The notes: generated by a model from the letters alone, not told the origin. A stretch of 64,000 nt of DNA from an uncultured Pelagibacteraceae bacterium (GCA_902571525.1 CACGCL010000004.1:6039-70038); one strand, 5' to 3'. Shown: positions 37,929-49,195, counted from the stretch's first letter. Numbers and translations are program-made.

Positions 37929-39047
37929 TTAAATTTTTCTTTTAGTAAAGTTTAATATCAACCCTGCAAGAATTGAGGAGCTTAATATCGAAGATCCACC
38001 GTAACTTAAAAAAGGTAAAGTCATTCCTGTTGTTGGTAAAAATCTTATATTAACACCAAAATGAATTAATACCTGGAATATAATTAATAATATTGAGCCA
38101 ATTAAAATAAGTTTATTAGTATTATTTTTTTCTGATGGTATTTTTTTAAATATTCTAAAAATTAAAAGTAAAAAAATTAATAAAATAAACAATATAAAAA
38201 AAACTCCAAATTCTTCAGAAATTACTGATATAACGTAATCTGTGTGTGCTTCAGGGACCCTGGTATTTAATGTTCCTTCTCCAATGCCTTTTCCAAAAAA
38301 ACCTCCATCGCTTATAGCCTCTGTGGCTTTTTCTGATTGATAATTACCTTTTGATTTCACGTCAAAAAAAGCTGTTATCCTATATTTGATATATGAAAAT
38401 TTTGGTATATAGAAAACTAAATAACCCACTATTGACAAAAAGATAAATGTTAAAAAATTAAATAAATATAAATTAATTCCTGAAACAAATATAAGACTTA
38501 ACCATACACAGCTGATCAGTAAAGTTTGACCAATATCTGGCTGAAATACTAAAAATATTAAAATAGGTATAACAATCAAAGTGCTTAAAAAAAATTTTAA
38601 ATAAATATTTGATGTAAATCTAGATCCAATTATTAGTGACAAAAAAATTATTAAAAATGGCTTTAAAAACTCTATCGGTTGAAACCTTGGTATAATCGGG
38701 AAATCTAACCATCTTTTTGACCCTTTAACTTCAACTCCGAAAATTGGGACTAATAATAACGACAGAAAAAAAATAATGAATACGAATATACCTATTTTAT
38801 AAACATTTTTTTCAGGGATAGCTGAAAAAAAAATAATTAGAATTAAGCCAATAATCACATAAATAAAATGTCTTAGGAAAAAATAGTAGCTATTTGTATC
38901 TAATTTAGAAGAGGCAATTAAGGATGTTGATACTAGAGAAAAAAAAATACCTAAAATAATTAATAATATAAATAAAAAAAATATTACTTTATCTAAATTT
39001 TTCCACCAATCATAAATGAAATTATCGTAAAAATTTCTGCTTTCCAT
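37929..39047 (-). CDS. ftsW: SEDS peptidoglycan polymerase FtsW
   Basis: G.KRW, QP.EF.K, QPD.G, PEAHTDY, SYGGSS. Confidence 0.95.
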   Translation of the reverse strand: MESRNFYDNFIYDWWKNLDKVIFFLFILLIILGIFFSLVSTSLIASSKLDTNSYYFFLRHFIYVIIGLILIIFFSAIPEKNVYKIGIFVFIIFFLSLLLVPIFGVEVKGSKRWLDFPIIPRFQPIEFLKPFLIIFLSLIIGSRFTSNIYLKFFLSTLIVIPILIFLVFQPDIGQTLLISCVWLSLIFVSGINLYLFNFLTFIFLSIVGYLVFYIPKFSYIKYRITAFFDVKSKGNYQSEKATEAISDGGFFGKGIGEGTLNTRVPEAHTDYVISVISEEFGVFFILFILLIFLLLIFRIFKKIPSEKNNTNKLILIGSILLIIFQVLIHFGVNIRFLPTTGMTLPFLSYGGSSILSSSILAGLILNFTKRKI

Positions 39048-40332
39048 AAAAATTTGCCTTTTTAATTAATAAATTAAAATATCTTCCACGATGTTCAAAA
39101 TTCTTGAATTGGTCAAATGAGGCAGCTGCAGGACTAAACAGAATAGTTTTTTCTTTTTTATCTTTTTTAATATCATTTTTAATTGTTAAAATTGCATTCT
39201 TTAAATTTTTTGAATATTTAAAATTAATTTTATTTTTGAATTCGTTGCTAAAATAGAAATTATTTGATCCAATTATATAAGCTTTTACATTTTTGTGATA
39301 TTTTTTTTTTAAGACAAATTTATCTCCCTTCTTATAAAGACCACCAACAATCCAGTAAATATTTTCATACGAAGATAAGAGACCGTTAGTTGATGAAAAA
39401 CTAGTAGATTTTGAGTCATTAATTATTTTTAGGTGAAGCTTATCATATATGATTTGTTTTCTAAATTTTAATCCTTTAAATGAATTAAGAGACTTAAATA
39501 TTGTATTATTAGGAATTTTAAATTGCTTTGATATTTTATAAACAAAATGAATATTATTTAAATTATTTTTGTCTAATAAATAATCATTCTTTATTTTTCT
39601 TTTAAAAAAATCCATTTTATTATAATTTATTTTTATTATTTTAGATTTAAAATTTTTATTCGATATATGTTTACTAATTATAGGGTTATTTTTTTCTATA
39701 AATGAATATTTATTTTTTTCTTGCTCATAAATTAATTTAAGCTTTGCTTTTGTATAATTATTTAAGTTTCCATGTCTTTCTAAATGGTCAACGCTTAAGT
39801 TTAAAATTGCTGCATAATCAGTTCTAAAAAATTTATTATAAGATATTTGATAAGATGATGCTTCAACAATAAAAACAGTATTTTTTTTGATTTTTTTTTC
39901 TTGTAAAGGTGGTTTTCCAATATTACCAACTAATCTGACATCTATTTTTTGTGATCTGAAAATATTGTAAAGCATTTGGCACGTGGTAGATTTACCATTA
40001 GTTCCAGTAATAGTAATTTTTTTATTATGTGGATAGCATTTTTGAAAAATATCAAGTTCAGTAATTATTTTTTTCCAATTTTTTGTTAAATATCTTTTGA
40101 GATAGCATTTTTTAATATCTATACCTGGACTCAAAATAATATAATCGAATTTTGATTTAATAACATCATTTTTTTTTAAAAAAAAATTTTTATTCTTTTT
40201 ATTTTTTAATGAATAATCATCATCAAAAATTTTAACAAAACTTTTTTTTTTTAGAAATTTTAGACATGAATTACCTGAAAGTCCTAAGCCATAAATAAGT
40301 ATTTTTTTTTTAACAAAAAATTTAGAGAACAT
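39022..40332 (-). CDS. murD: UDP-MurNAc-L-Ala-D-Glu ligase
   Basis: GLGLSG, TGTNGKSTT, DHLERH, NDSKST, SPAAASFDQF; start ATG 40332. Confidence 0.95.
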   Translation of the reverse strand: MFSKFFVKKKILIYGLGLSGNSCLKFLKKKSFVKIFDDDYSLKNKKNKNFFLKKNDVIKSKFDYIILSPGIDIKKCYLKRYLTKNWKKIITELDIFQKCYPHNKKITITGTNGKSTTCQMLYNIFRSQKIDVRLVGNIGKPPLQEKKIKKNTVFIVEASSYQISYNKFFRTDYAAILNLSVDHLERHGNLNNYTKAKLKLIYEQEKNKYSFIEKNNPIISKHISNKNFKSKIIKINYNKMDFFKRKIKNDYLLDKNNLNNIHFVYKISKQFKIPNNTIFKSLNSFKGLKFRKQIIYDKLHLKIINDSKSTSFSSTNGLLSSYENIYWIVGGLYKKGDKFVLKKKYHKNVKAYIIGSNNFYFSNEFKNKINFKYSKNLKNAILTIKNDIKKDKKEKTILFSPAAASFDQFKNFEHRGRYFNLLIKKANFYGKQKFLR

Positions 40333-41417
40333 TATCTTAATTTTAATGTTGCAAGTCCAATCATTGCTAAAATTAAAGAAATGATCCAAAATCTTATTAC
40401 CACAGTAGACTCTGGCCAGCCTTTTTTTTCAAAATGATGGTGTATAGGAGCCATCATGAATATTCTTTTTCCAGTTAGCTTAAAAGAAATTACTTGAACA
40501 ATTACAGAAACAGCTTCTAAAACAAATAGCCCTCCTGTTATAGCTAAAACTATTTCATGTTTTGTAACAACGCCAACAGCACCTAAAGAACCTCCTAATG
40601 CTAAAGAACCAGTGTCACCCATAAATATTTTTGCTGGTGGTGCGTTAAACCAAAGAAAGCCTATTGATGCTCCAATGATCGCTCCACAAAAGACAGCAAC
40701 TTCGCCTACTCCTTCAATGTAAGGTATTAAGAGGTATTCTGCAAAAATAATATTGCCTGATACATAACTTATAAATGCAAAACATCCTGCAACTAAAATT
40801 ACAGGCACAGTAGCTAATCCATCAAGACCATCAGTTAAATTAACAGCATTAGATGAGCCAACAATTACAAATAAATAAAAAGGAATAAAAAACCACCCTA
40901 AATTTATTACTAAATTTTTAAAGAATGGTACGTATAGATTATTAGTTAAATGCGAACCAATAAATTTATATAATATTACTAAAGAAATTAGACTAAGTAT
41001 AATTTGTATAATAAATTTTAATTTTGATGAAATTCCAGTAGAATTATTTCTTTTAATTTTTTTGTAATCATCAAAGGCCCCTAATATTCCAAATGAAAAT
41101 GTTATAAAAATTAGTAACCAATTATAAGGGTTGTACAAGTCTGACCATAAAAATACTCCTCCAAAAAGACCTATCAAAATTAAAACACCTCCCATTGTGG
41201 GTGTACCTATTTTTTTAATAAGATGGTCTTTTGGTCCGTCTAACCTAATTGGATTTGTAATTTTTTTTGTAGAAAAATAATTTATAAACTTATCACCAAT
41301 TAAAAAAACTATTACCATTGAGGTAATAACAGCTAGTCCTGTTCGTACAGTTAAAAAATTAAAGAAATTTAAAAAAGAATATGTATCAGAATAATTAGTT
41401 AATAAATCGTAAAGCAT
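40332..41417 (-). CDS. mraY: Phospho-MurNAc-pentapeptide transferase
   Basis: GTPTMGG, DDY.K, NLTDGLDGL, FMGDTG, PIHHHFE. Confidence 0.98.
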   Translation of the reverse strand: MLYDLLTNYSDTYSFLNFFNFLTVRTGLAVITSMVIVFLIGDKFINYFSTKKITNPIRLDGPKDHLIKKIGTPTMGGVLILIGLFGGVFLWSDLYNPYNWLLIFITFSFGILGAFDDYKKIKRNNSTGISSKLKFIIQIILSLISLVILYKFIGSHLTNNLYVPFFKNLVINLGWFFIPFYLFVIVGSSNAVNLTDGLDGLATVPVILVAGCFAFISYVSGNIIFAEYLLIPYIEGVGEVAVFCGAIIGASIGFLWFNAPPAKIFMGDTGSLALGGSLGAVGVVTKHEIVLAITGGLFVLEAVSVIVQVISFKLTGKRIFMMAPIHHHFEKKGWPESTVVIRFWIISLILAMIGLATLKLR

Positions 41418-44239
41418 TATAGACTTTTAATTATTTTATTTAATCCTGTTGAATTTGATCCTTTTACCATTAAAAAACTATTATTTGGTAAATCATTATT
41501 TATTAATTTATAAATATCCATTTTATTTTTTAGTATTCTCCCTCTAATTTGTGGTTTTAATTTGTTAAATGTGTGTTTGATTTTTTCACCATAAATATAG
41601 GTTTTGTTTATTTTTGATTTATTTATATAATTTGCAATCTTGATGTGTAATTTTTTTGAATGTTTTCCTAGTTCAAGCATGTCGCCTATTAATAGAAATT
41701 TTTTGTGATTTTGCTTAAACAGAGCGTCGTACCTTTCTAAAGCAAATTTTAATGATAGTGGATTTGAGTTATAGCTTTCATCAATAAGTGTTAATTTTTT
41801 TGTTCCTTTTTTTAAATTAATTAATGATCCTCTACTTTTAGGAATATAAAATCCTGAAAATAAATTCTGTTTCAGACTTTTAATGTCAAAGTAAGCACTA
41901 AGGATACTTAATGATGCAAGGATATTATCAATGTAATTAGATAGATGTTTTGAAACTGAGAAGGATTTTATTATTCCTTTGATTTTAATATTAATTATAA
42001 AATTTTTTTTATATTTTCTTAGACTCAGAAAGACAACATCAGCTTTATTATTGACTTTACTAAATGTTAAAATTTTTAGTCCACGATTTTTTGATATTTT
42101 CAGAAAAAGTTTGTAATATCTATCATCCATGTTAATAACCATTGTTCCATTGGTGATAATATTATTTATTATTTCCGATTTAGCGTTTGCAATTTGATTT
42201 AAATTACTAAAATTTTTTATATGAGCATATGAAATATTTGTGATTAAACCAAGGTTAGGTCTAATTAACTTGGTCAAATAATCTATTTCACCTTTTTTGT
42301 CCATACCAACTTCTAACACAGCAAATTTTGCACTTTCCGGTGTGTTAAAGATACTTAAGGGGACTCCATACTTATTGTTAAAAGAGTTTTTCGAAAAATA
42401 TGTTTTTTCTAGTTTTTCTAGACAAAAACCTGTTAACTCTTTTACAGATGTTTTTCCTGCTGAACCAGTTATTGCTATTGTGTTGATATTTGTTGATTTT
42501 CTAAAAGCTGAATTAACGCTATTAAATAATCTTAGTGGTTTTTTATAAAATATTATTTTTGAATTTTTAAATTTTTTATTTGATACAGCCAGAGCTGCGC
42601 CATTTTTTATTGCTTCAATTGCAAACTTATTTCCATCAAATTTTTTACCTTTAACTCCGAAAAATATTGAATTTTTTTTAATTTTTTTTGAGTTAATTGA
42701 AGCTGACTTAAGATTTTTCTTTTTATTGATAATATTGTGACCTAATACTTCATTTATAATATTTGTTTTAATTGAATTTGATAAATCATTGTTTTTTTTT
42801 TTAATTGCTTTTAAAATTTCAATTTTATCAGAAAAGAAAAATTTTTTTTTGTACTCTTGAAAATTTTCATGACCCTTTCCTGCTACTATTAGGACATCGC
42901 CTGAATTTAATTTTTGAATAGCTGTACTTATAGCTTTACCTCTTGAAGGAATTTCAAAAAATTTTTTTAATTTCAAACCTTTTTTAACTTGATCTCTTAT
43001 TAGTTTCGGACTTTCAAAACGCGGGTTGTCATCTGTTAGATAAATACTGTTGAAATATTTTCTTGCTATAGCCCCCATCATTGATCTTTTCTTTTCATCT
43101 CTATTGCCACCACAACCAAAGACAAGAGAAATTTTACTTAAAGGGAATTCTTTTCTTATATTCAGTATTAAAGTTTTAAGAGCATGAGGTGTATGTGCAT
43201 AATCTAGTATAACTTTTGCTTTGTTTTTTAAATTCCCAACTTTTTCAAGTCTTCCGCTTATTGGTTTAATTTTATATATTGATTTTATAATATTATTTAT
43301 TTTTATCCCTGATAAATAAGCCGCAACTATTGCAAACAATAAATTTTTAATTTGAATATCACCTATAAGTGAAGTTTTAAATGTATAATTTTTTTTATTT
43401 ATTGTAAAATAAATTTTTTTTTGATCATTAATCTTTTTTACATCTTTTATATTTATAAATGATTTTGAATTGCCTAAAGTATATTTTTTTAAATTTTTTT
43501 TCTTTGAAATCTTGTTTAATATAGTTGACTCTTTGATGCTATCTTCAAAAATTATATTGCCTTTACGACTCAATAATTCATTAAAGAGTTTTAGTTTTGA
43601 ATTTAGATAATCTTTAAAAGTTTTATGGTAATCTAAATGATCTCTTGATAAATTTGTAAATATTCCTGACTTAAATTTTATATTATTTAATCGATACTGT
43701 CTTAGCCCATGACTTGACGCCTCCAATATTACATTATCAATCTTTAATTTCTTTAATTTATGCAGCAGTTTATGAATACTAATGGGATCTATAGTTGTAT
43801 TATTTGTCTTTAGTTTAAGCTTTTTTGAAAACACACCTAATGTTCCAATTGAAGCAGCTTTTTTATTATTTATTGATAAAATTTGTTCATAGAAATTAGC
43901 AACTGAAGTTTTTCCATTCGTGCCTGTTACAGCTGTTATATTTTTAGGCTTTAATTTATAATATCGGCTGGAAACTTCTGATAATAATTTTCTAGGATTT
44001 TTATCTTTAATAAACAGAACGTTTTTTTTATCAAACCCCTCAAATTTTAAGTTTGAAATTATCGTCTTCGCTCCATTATTTATTGCATCATTTATATAAT
44101 TGTTGCCTTTTGAATGATTACCATTTATTGCAAAAAAAATATCATTTGATTTACAAGCTTTGCTATTAAATTTTATATCTTTGAAATAAATTTTTTTATA
44201 TTTTTTTTTTATATTTGTTAATACTTTGCCTAATAACAT
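41417..44239 (-). CDS. murE: Fused MurE-MurF ligase
   Basis: N-half TGTNGKT, DYAHTP, DDNPR, GKGHE (MurE); C-half TGSAGKT, DESYNSNP, GDMLELG, KGSNS (MurF). Confidence 0.93.
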   Translation of the reverse strand: MLLGKVLTNIKKKYKKIYFKDIKFNSKACKSNDIFFAINGNHSKGNNYINDAINNGAKTIISNLKFEGFDKKNVLFIKDKNPRKLLSEVSSRYYKLKPKNITAVTGTNGKTSVANFYEQILSINNKKAASIGTLGVFSKKLKLKTNNTTIDPISIHKLLHKLKKLKIDNVILEASSHGLRQYRLNNIKFKSGIFTNLSRDHLDYHKTFKDYLNSKLKLFNELLSRKGNIIFEDSIKESTILNKISKKKNLKKYTLGNSKSFINIKDVKKINDQKKIYFTINKKNYTFKTSLIGDIQIKNLLFAIVAAYLSGIKINNIIKSIYKIKPISGRLEKVGNLKNKAKVILDYAHTPHALKTLILNIRKEFPLSKISLVFGCGGNRDEKKRSMMGAIARKYFNSIYLTDDNPRFESPKLIRDQVKKGLKLKKFFEIPSRGKAISTAIQKLNSGDVLIVAGKGHENFQEYKKKFFFSDKIEILKAIKKKNNDLSNSIKTNIINEVLGHNIINKKKNLKSASINSKKIKKNSIFFGVKGKKFDGNKFAIEAIKNGAALAVSNKKFKNSKIIFYKKPLRLFNSVNSAFRKSTNINTIAITGSAGKTSVKELTGFCLEKLEKTYFSKNSFNNKYGVPLSIFNTPESAKFAVLEVGMDKKGEIDYLTKLIRPNLGLITNISYAHIKNFSNLNQIANAKSEIINNIITNGTMVINMDDRYYKLFLKISKNRGLKILTFSKVNNKADVVFLSLRKYKKNFIINIKIKGIIKSFSVSKHLSNYIDNILASLSILSAYFDIKSLKQNLFSGFYIPKSRGSLINLKKGTKKLTLIDESYNSNPLSLKFALERYDALFKQNHKKFLLIGDMLELGKHSKKLHIKIANYINKSKINKTYIYGEKIKHTFNKLKPQIRGRILKNKMDIYKLINNDLPNNSFLMVKGSNSTGLNKIIKSL

Positions 44240-44251
44240 TAATTTAAATTC

Positions 44252-45901
44252 TTAGTACTTTGTGGCTAAAATAGGTCCTATTTTATCAATAATTTTTCCA
44301 GCTATTTCTACAGATGTCCATCCTGCGGTATTAAATGGGGTGCCTTTATAAGATCCAGGCTTATTACGATATTTATAAATGTAATCTTTCGAAAGTTTTG
44401 TATCTTCTAATAAAACTATTAAAACATACTTTGGACTCGAAATTGGAAATACAGAAGCAAAGGTATTAATTTTTTTTTTAGTGTATATCCCATTCTCAAC
44501 TATCTGAGCAGTCCCTGTTTTTCCTCCTACTTCGTATCCCTCAACATCAGAAAGGCTCGCTGTACCTTGTTGGACAACTTTTCTAAACATTGCATTAATT
44601 TCCTCACTTATATCTTTATTTAAAATTTTTTTTTTTTTACCATAAAATTCTTTTTTGATAAGTGTTGGTTTAATTTCGTAGCCTCCATTTGATAAGATTG
44701 CATAACCTTTTGCCAATTGAATAGGAGTTGTAGTAATTCCATGTCCATAAGATACAGTTTTAAGTTTACAATTTCGCCATTTAAAGGGGATAGGTTTACC
44801 AATTTCATGAATATCAAAATTTAATTGGCCTAAGATTCCAATTTTCTCCAAAAAGTTTTTTAAGTTTTCTTGCCCTATAATTTGACCGATTTTTACTGAT
44901 CCAATGTTACTTGAATAGATCAATATGTCCTCCACGCTTAAATTATTTGATAAATTTTCATCATACTCTGAGATAGTTCTGCCTCCACATTTCAATTTTT
45001 TTTCAAGATTTAAAAACAAGTCTTTTGTAGAAATTAATCCATAGTTTAAACCAGCTGCAATTGTAAATGATTTAAAAACAGATCCAAGTTCATATACGCC
45101 CTTTGTTGCACGATTAATATAATTAGCATCTGATATATCTTTCCTGCTATTTAAGTTAAAATCAGGTACAGATACTAAAGATAAAATTTCACCATTATTT
45201 ATATTCATTAATATACCTGCTCCACCAACGTTACCAAAAATTTTTTGAGCATTCATTAGTTCATTTCTTATTATGAATTGTAAATTCTTATCAAGAGTTA
45301 ATGTTAAATTGTATTTGCTTTTCTTAAGTTGTTTGTCAAAAGATTTTTCGATACCAGAGATACCATTGTTTTCATCATCAATTTGTCCTACAACGTGTGA
45401 AAAAAGGTTTTTATCTGGATATATTCTGGTAATTTTTTTTTCAAGCCTAATTGACTTTTCTCCTAAAAGTTTAATTTCATGATATCTTTCAGGTGTTATT
45501 TTTTTTTCAATATAAAAAAATTTTTTTCCATAAATTTTTTTTTTAATCATATCGAAATTTTTATTTGGAAAAGTATATTGGAGTTTTAGTAATAATTTTT
45601 TTTTATCTTTGACTAATATTGGATCTACACCAACATTTGTTGTAAACACAGATTTACTTATATAATCACCATTTCTATCAATGATGTCAGCTCTGTTTAT
45701 TTGATTTGTCTTATATGTGTTATTTTGAAGAGTTTTTGTGGATAGATAAATGACCCTCGTTGAATATAAAATAAATAAAAAAAAAATTGCTATAAAAATA
45801 AATGTAACTCTATTAAGATTTATTATAAATTTGTCCTTATGAAAATTATCTAAGTTCGTATTTGATTTGCTAATTATTATTCTATTATTTTTATTATTCA
45901 T
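44252..45901 (-). CDS. ftsI: Penicillin-binding protein 3
   Basis: RADIIDRNG, SVFK, SSN, KTGT motifs. Confidence 0.93.
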   Translation of the reverse strand: MNNKNNRIIISKSNTNLDNFHKDKFIINLNRVTFIFIAIFFLFILYSTRVIYLSTKTLQNNTYKTNQINRADIIDRNGDYISKSVFTTNVGVDPILVKDKKKLLLKLQYTFPNKNFDMIKKKIYGKKFFYIEKKITPERYHEIKLLGEKSIRLEKKITRIYPDKNLFSHVVGQIDDENNGISGIEKSFDKQLKKSKYNLTLTLDKNLQFIIRNELMNAQKIFGNVGGAGILMNINNGEILSLVSVPDFNLNSRKDISDANYINRATKGVYELGSVFKSFTIAAGLNYGLISTKDLFLNLEKKLKCGGRTISEYDENLSNNLSVEDILIYSSNIGSVKIGQIIGQENLKNFLEKIGILGQLNFDIHEIGKPIPFKWRNCKLKTVSYGHGITTTPIQLAKGYAILSNGGYEIKPTLIKKEFYGKKKKILNKDISEEINAMFRKVVQQGTASLSDVEGYEVGGKTGTAQIVENGIYTKKKINTFASVFPISSPKYVLIVLLEDTKLSKDYIYKYRNKPGSYKGTPFNTAGWTSVEIAGKIIDKIGPILATKY

Positions 45902-46163
45902 TATAGTCTTTCAAAATAATAAATTTTTTAAATTTTAAGGTAATTAAATTTTCTTCAAAGAATATCTTTTTTAAATAAAACAACCTCTCGGGTGAACTTA
46001 AAAAATTGTTTTCTAATAAAATTAATTCTTTTTTATCAGATAATGTTTTGATATCTTCCTCAAGAATATAAATTTCTGATTCAAGCTCACGAGTAGAAGA
46101 TTTTGTTAATGAGGTGAGCACAATCAAAATTAATATAAGAAAGATAATAAAATAATTTTTCAT
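45894..46163 (-). CDS. ftsL: Cell division protein FtsL
   Basis: TM helix, coiled coil, LSSPERL; between rsmH and ftsI. Confidence 0.75.
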   Translation of the reverse strand: MKNYFIIFLILILIVLTSLTKSSTRELESEIYILEEDIKTLSDKKELILLENNFLSSPERLFYLKKIFFEENLITLKFKKFIILKDYNE

Positions 46164-47164
46164 ATTTTAGAGATCAACTTTTCAATTTCTAAAAGATAAT
46201 TAAATTTTTCAAATATAAAATTTGTTTTTACACCTTTATTACTTATTCTTTTTACAGCTCTTAATTTAGCTGATCTAGAAGGTGGATTTTCTTCAATTTC
46301 TATTAGTGAAGGTGTTATTGGTTTTTTATTAATTAAATTAAAGGAAATATCTTCTTTAATGTAAATTGGTAAATACCTAGAACCTTTTTCAATTTTAGAA
46401 ATGTTATTAAAAAAAAATTTACAAATTCTGTCCTCAATAGAATGAAACGTTACTGTTGCAATTATACCATTTTCTGTAATAAGATTACATGATTTAGACA
46501 ATCCTAATATTAGCTCGCTTATTTCATTATTTACTAAAATTCTAAGTGCTTGAAAAACTTTAGTTGATTTATTTTTTCTTGTAAAATTTTTTTTAGTTGA
46601 ATTAATCGTATTAACAAGATCCTCTGTAAGAATTTCCTTATATTTTCTTTGTTTAATTATATTTCTTGATATAAGTTTTGAATCTTTTTCCTCCCCAAAA
46701 TATTTAAATATTTTATCTAAGTCATTGGCTGATAAATTTTTAATTATATCATGAGCTGAAAATTTATTGTGACCCATTTTCATATTTAATTTTCCTTTAA
46801 AATTAAATGATAACCCTTTTGATGAATCTTTTATTTGATCATATGAAAAACCAAGGTCAAAAATTATACCACTTATTTTTCCTTTGGTTGGAATAGTGTC
46901 TATTTCACTAAATTTTTTATTAAAAAATTCAAATCTATCTTTAAATTTATTTTTGAATTTCTTCGCGACATTTTTTGATTTTATATCTCTATCTAAAGCA
47001 ATAACTTTAGTATTTGGAAATTCTAGTATTTTTTTTGTATACCCGCCTTGCCCAAAGGTACAATCAATAAAAGTGCCACCATTTTGAGGGGAAATAATAC
47101 TTAATACTTCTTTAAGTAGCACCGGATAATGTAAACTCTTTTCCGGTAGAATGGTGGCACTCAT
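46160..47164 (-). CDS. rsmH: 16S rRNA m4C1402 methyltransferase
   Basis: H.PVLL.E, DCTFGQGGY, FQALRI.VN.E, RSAKLR. Confidence 0.96.
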   Translation of the reverse strand: MSATILPEKSLHYPVLLKEVLSIISPQNGGTFIDCTFGQGGYTKKILEFPNTKVIALDRDIKSKNVAKKFKNKFKDRFEFFNKKFSEIDTIPTKGKISGIIFDLGFSYDQIKDSSKGLSFNFKGKLNMKMGHNKFSAHDIIKNLSANDLDKIFKYFGEEKDSKLISRNIIKQRKYKEILTEDLVNTINSTKKNFTRKNKSTKVFQALRILVNNEISELILGLSKSCNLITENGIIATVTFHSIEDRICKFFFNNISKIEKGSRYLPIYIKEDISFNLINKKPITPSLIEIEENPPSRSAKLRAVKRISNKGVKTNFIFEKFNYLLEIEKLISKI

Positions 47165-47182
47165 TTATTTTTTCAAAGACCA

Positions 47183-48658
47183 TTAATTTTTTTGTCTTCG
47201 TAAAAATGCGGGAATCTCTAATTCATCTTCTTCAGATTCTGTATCGAGGATTTGTTCATTAACTTCATTTCCTATTTCAGTTTCATTATTAAAAAGTTGC
47301 GGGCTCTCCTCACCTAACTCAAAATTTTCAAGTCCGTTTGTAATATTATTACTAGTTGTGTTTTGATTATTCTTAATATTCTCCTCTAGATTAAGTGGTA
47401 TTTCTTCTCTATTTATAGATTTACTGCTCTCTGCTTCCTCACTTAACTCTTCTGACTCCAAATTATTTAATACCATATTCTCTTCAACCATAGAATTTAT
47501 AAGATCATTTTCAGTATCTTTTATTTCCTCATTATTTACTTGCAAAGCGTTAGCTCCACTTGTGCTTGGTATAAAATTTGAATGATTATTATTGTAGTTG
47601 CTACTTTTTGGTACAACTGAAGATTCATAATATCCTGGATTTCTATTTTGTATTCTGTGAACCATGTTAATTACAGATTTAGATTCCGGCTGTTGTCCGT
47701 CAAGAGCTGTTGCAACAATTGAAACTCTCATAATACCATCAAGAGCAGGGTCGGTTATAGCACCTATAATAAGTTCTGCCTCTGGATCAACTTCTGCTCT
47801 TACTTTGTTAACAGCCTCGTCAACTTCAAAAAGTTTAAGATCTTTTCCACCAGTAATATTCACTAATAAACCTTTTGCTCCTTTTAAAGTATAGTCATCA
47901 ATTAATTGATTTGTTATTGCCATTTCTGCTGCTTTAGCAGCTCTTCCTTCTCCCTCTGCTTCACCAGTCCCCATCATAGCTTTGCCCATTGAGCTCATTA
48001 CATGCTCAACATCAGCAAAATCTAAATTTATAAGACCAGGTCTAACCATCAAATCTGTTATACTTTGTACTCCGTGTAGTAATACATGGTTTGAAAGTTC
48101 AAAAGATTCTTCAAAAGTTGTTTGATCACTCGCTACTTTAAATAAGTTTTGATTAGGAATTACAATTATTGTATCAACATGTTTTCTAAGCTCCTCTAAA
48201 CCTTGTTGTGCTCTTCTCATTCTTGATGGGCCTTCGTATAAAAAAGGCAAAGTTACCACTCCAACAGTTAAAATATTTAGCTCTTTTGCTGCTCTTGCAA
48301 TTACATGTGCAGAACCTGTTCCAGTTCCACCTCCCATTCCAGCAGTTATAAAAACCATGTTTGCACCTTGCAATATATTTATTATTTCGTTTAAAGACTC
48401 ATCTGCTGCAGCTTGTCCAATGTCTAATTTTGATCCAGCTCCTAAACCTTTTGTTAAATTCAATCCAATTTGAATTTTTTGCGTTGCTTTACTATGTTTT
48501 AAATCCTGAGCATCAGTATTAACTGCAATAAATTCTACTCCTTGTAATCCACTATCAATCATACCATTGATTGCATTTCCTCCAGCTCCACCTACACCTA
48601 AAACTAATATTCTAGGTTTCAATTCTTTGATATCTGGTGTTTTAAAATTAATAGTCAT
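47183..48658 (-). CDS. ftsZ: Cell division GTPase FtsZ
   Basis: [25 protein letters not shown]-terminal [10 protein letters not shown]. Confidence 0.99.
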   Translation of the reverse strand: MTINFKTPDIKELKPRILVLGVGGAGGNAINGMIDSGLQGVEFIAVNTDAQDLKHSKATQKIQIGLNLTKGLGAGSKLDIGQAAADESLNEIINILQGANMVFITAGMGGGTGTGSAHVIARAAKELNILTVGVVTLPFLYEGPSRMRRAQQGLEELRKHVDTIIVIPNQNLFKVASDQTTFEESFELSNHVLLHGVQSITDLMVRPGLINLDFADVEHVMSSMGKAMMGTGEAEGEGRAAKAAEMAITNQLIDDYTLKGAKGLLVNITGGKDLKLFEVDEAVNKVRAEVDPEAELIIGAITDPALDGIMRVSIVATALDGQQPESKSVINMVHRIQNRNPGYYESSVVPKSSNYNNNHSNFIPSTSGANALQVNNEEIKDTENDLINSMVEENMVLNNLESEELSEEAESSKSINREEIPLNLEENIKNNQNTTSNNITNGLENFELGEESPQLFNNETEIGNEVNEQILDTESEEDELEIPAFLRRQKN

Positions 48659-48669
48659 ATTTCCCCCTT

Positions 48670-49125
48670 TTAGTTATTTAATTGACGTTCCCATTTAAGG
48701 CTAGCTCTGTGAATATTTGATTTCCGTTTTGCAGTTACCTTAAATTTTTCGAAGTTAGCAGGTTCCCATATTTGAAATGTTTTTCCTTGCCCAACAAACA
48801 AAATTATATTCTTAATTTTTGCGTGTTTTAAAAGTTTAGTTGTTATTAAAATTCTTCCTTCGTTATCGAATTGCAGATTAATACTTTCAGAAAGGATTGA
48901 GGTTGCAAAATAATCTTTTTTTTCCTCGAATGGATTAAGAGAGTCAATTGTATTTGAAATTTTTTCTATTCTATCTTGAGGCCACGCCTCTATACAGCTA
49001 TTGTTAAAAGATGGAAAACAAATAACCCCGTTATAGCCTAAATTTGATAAATAAGATCTAAAACTAGCAGGCACAGATACCCGTCCTTTTTTGTCTAGTT
49101 TGTTTTGATAAGTAGATAAAAACAT
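48670..49125 (-). CDS. mraZ: Transcriptional regulator MraZ
   Basis: [20 protein letters not shown]. Confidence 0.95.
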   Translation of the reverse strand: MFLSTYQNKLDKKGRVSVPASFRSYLSNLGYNGVICFPSFNNSCIEAWPQDRIEKISNTIDSLNPFEEKKDYFATSILSESINLQFDNEGRILITTKLLKHAKIKNIILFVGQGKTFQIWEPANFEKFKVTAKRKSNIHRASLKWERQLNN

Positions 49126-49126
49126 A

Positions 49127-49195
49127 TTCCATAATTTCCCTTATCCCTTAATTGGGAATATATGGGATATTATGGGTTTTTATAAGTACAGTCAA
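49127..49195 (-). promoter_or_regulatory. dcw promoter with MraZ-box-like repeats
   Basis: TTGACT-N17-TAATAT on the minus strand (49195-49167); three TGGG(A/T) boxes at 10-bp period (49153, 49163, 49173). Confidence 0.7.

Noticed and set aside
40333-40389. Extended murD start
   Set aside because: It lies inside mraY; ATG 40332 overlapping the mraY stop is more plausible.
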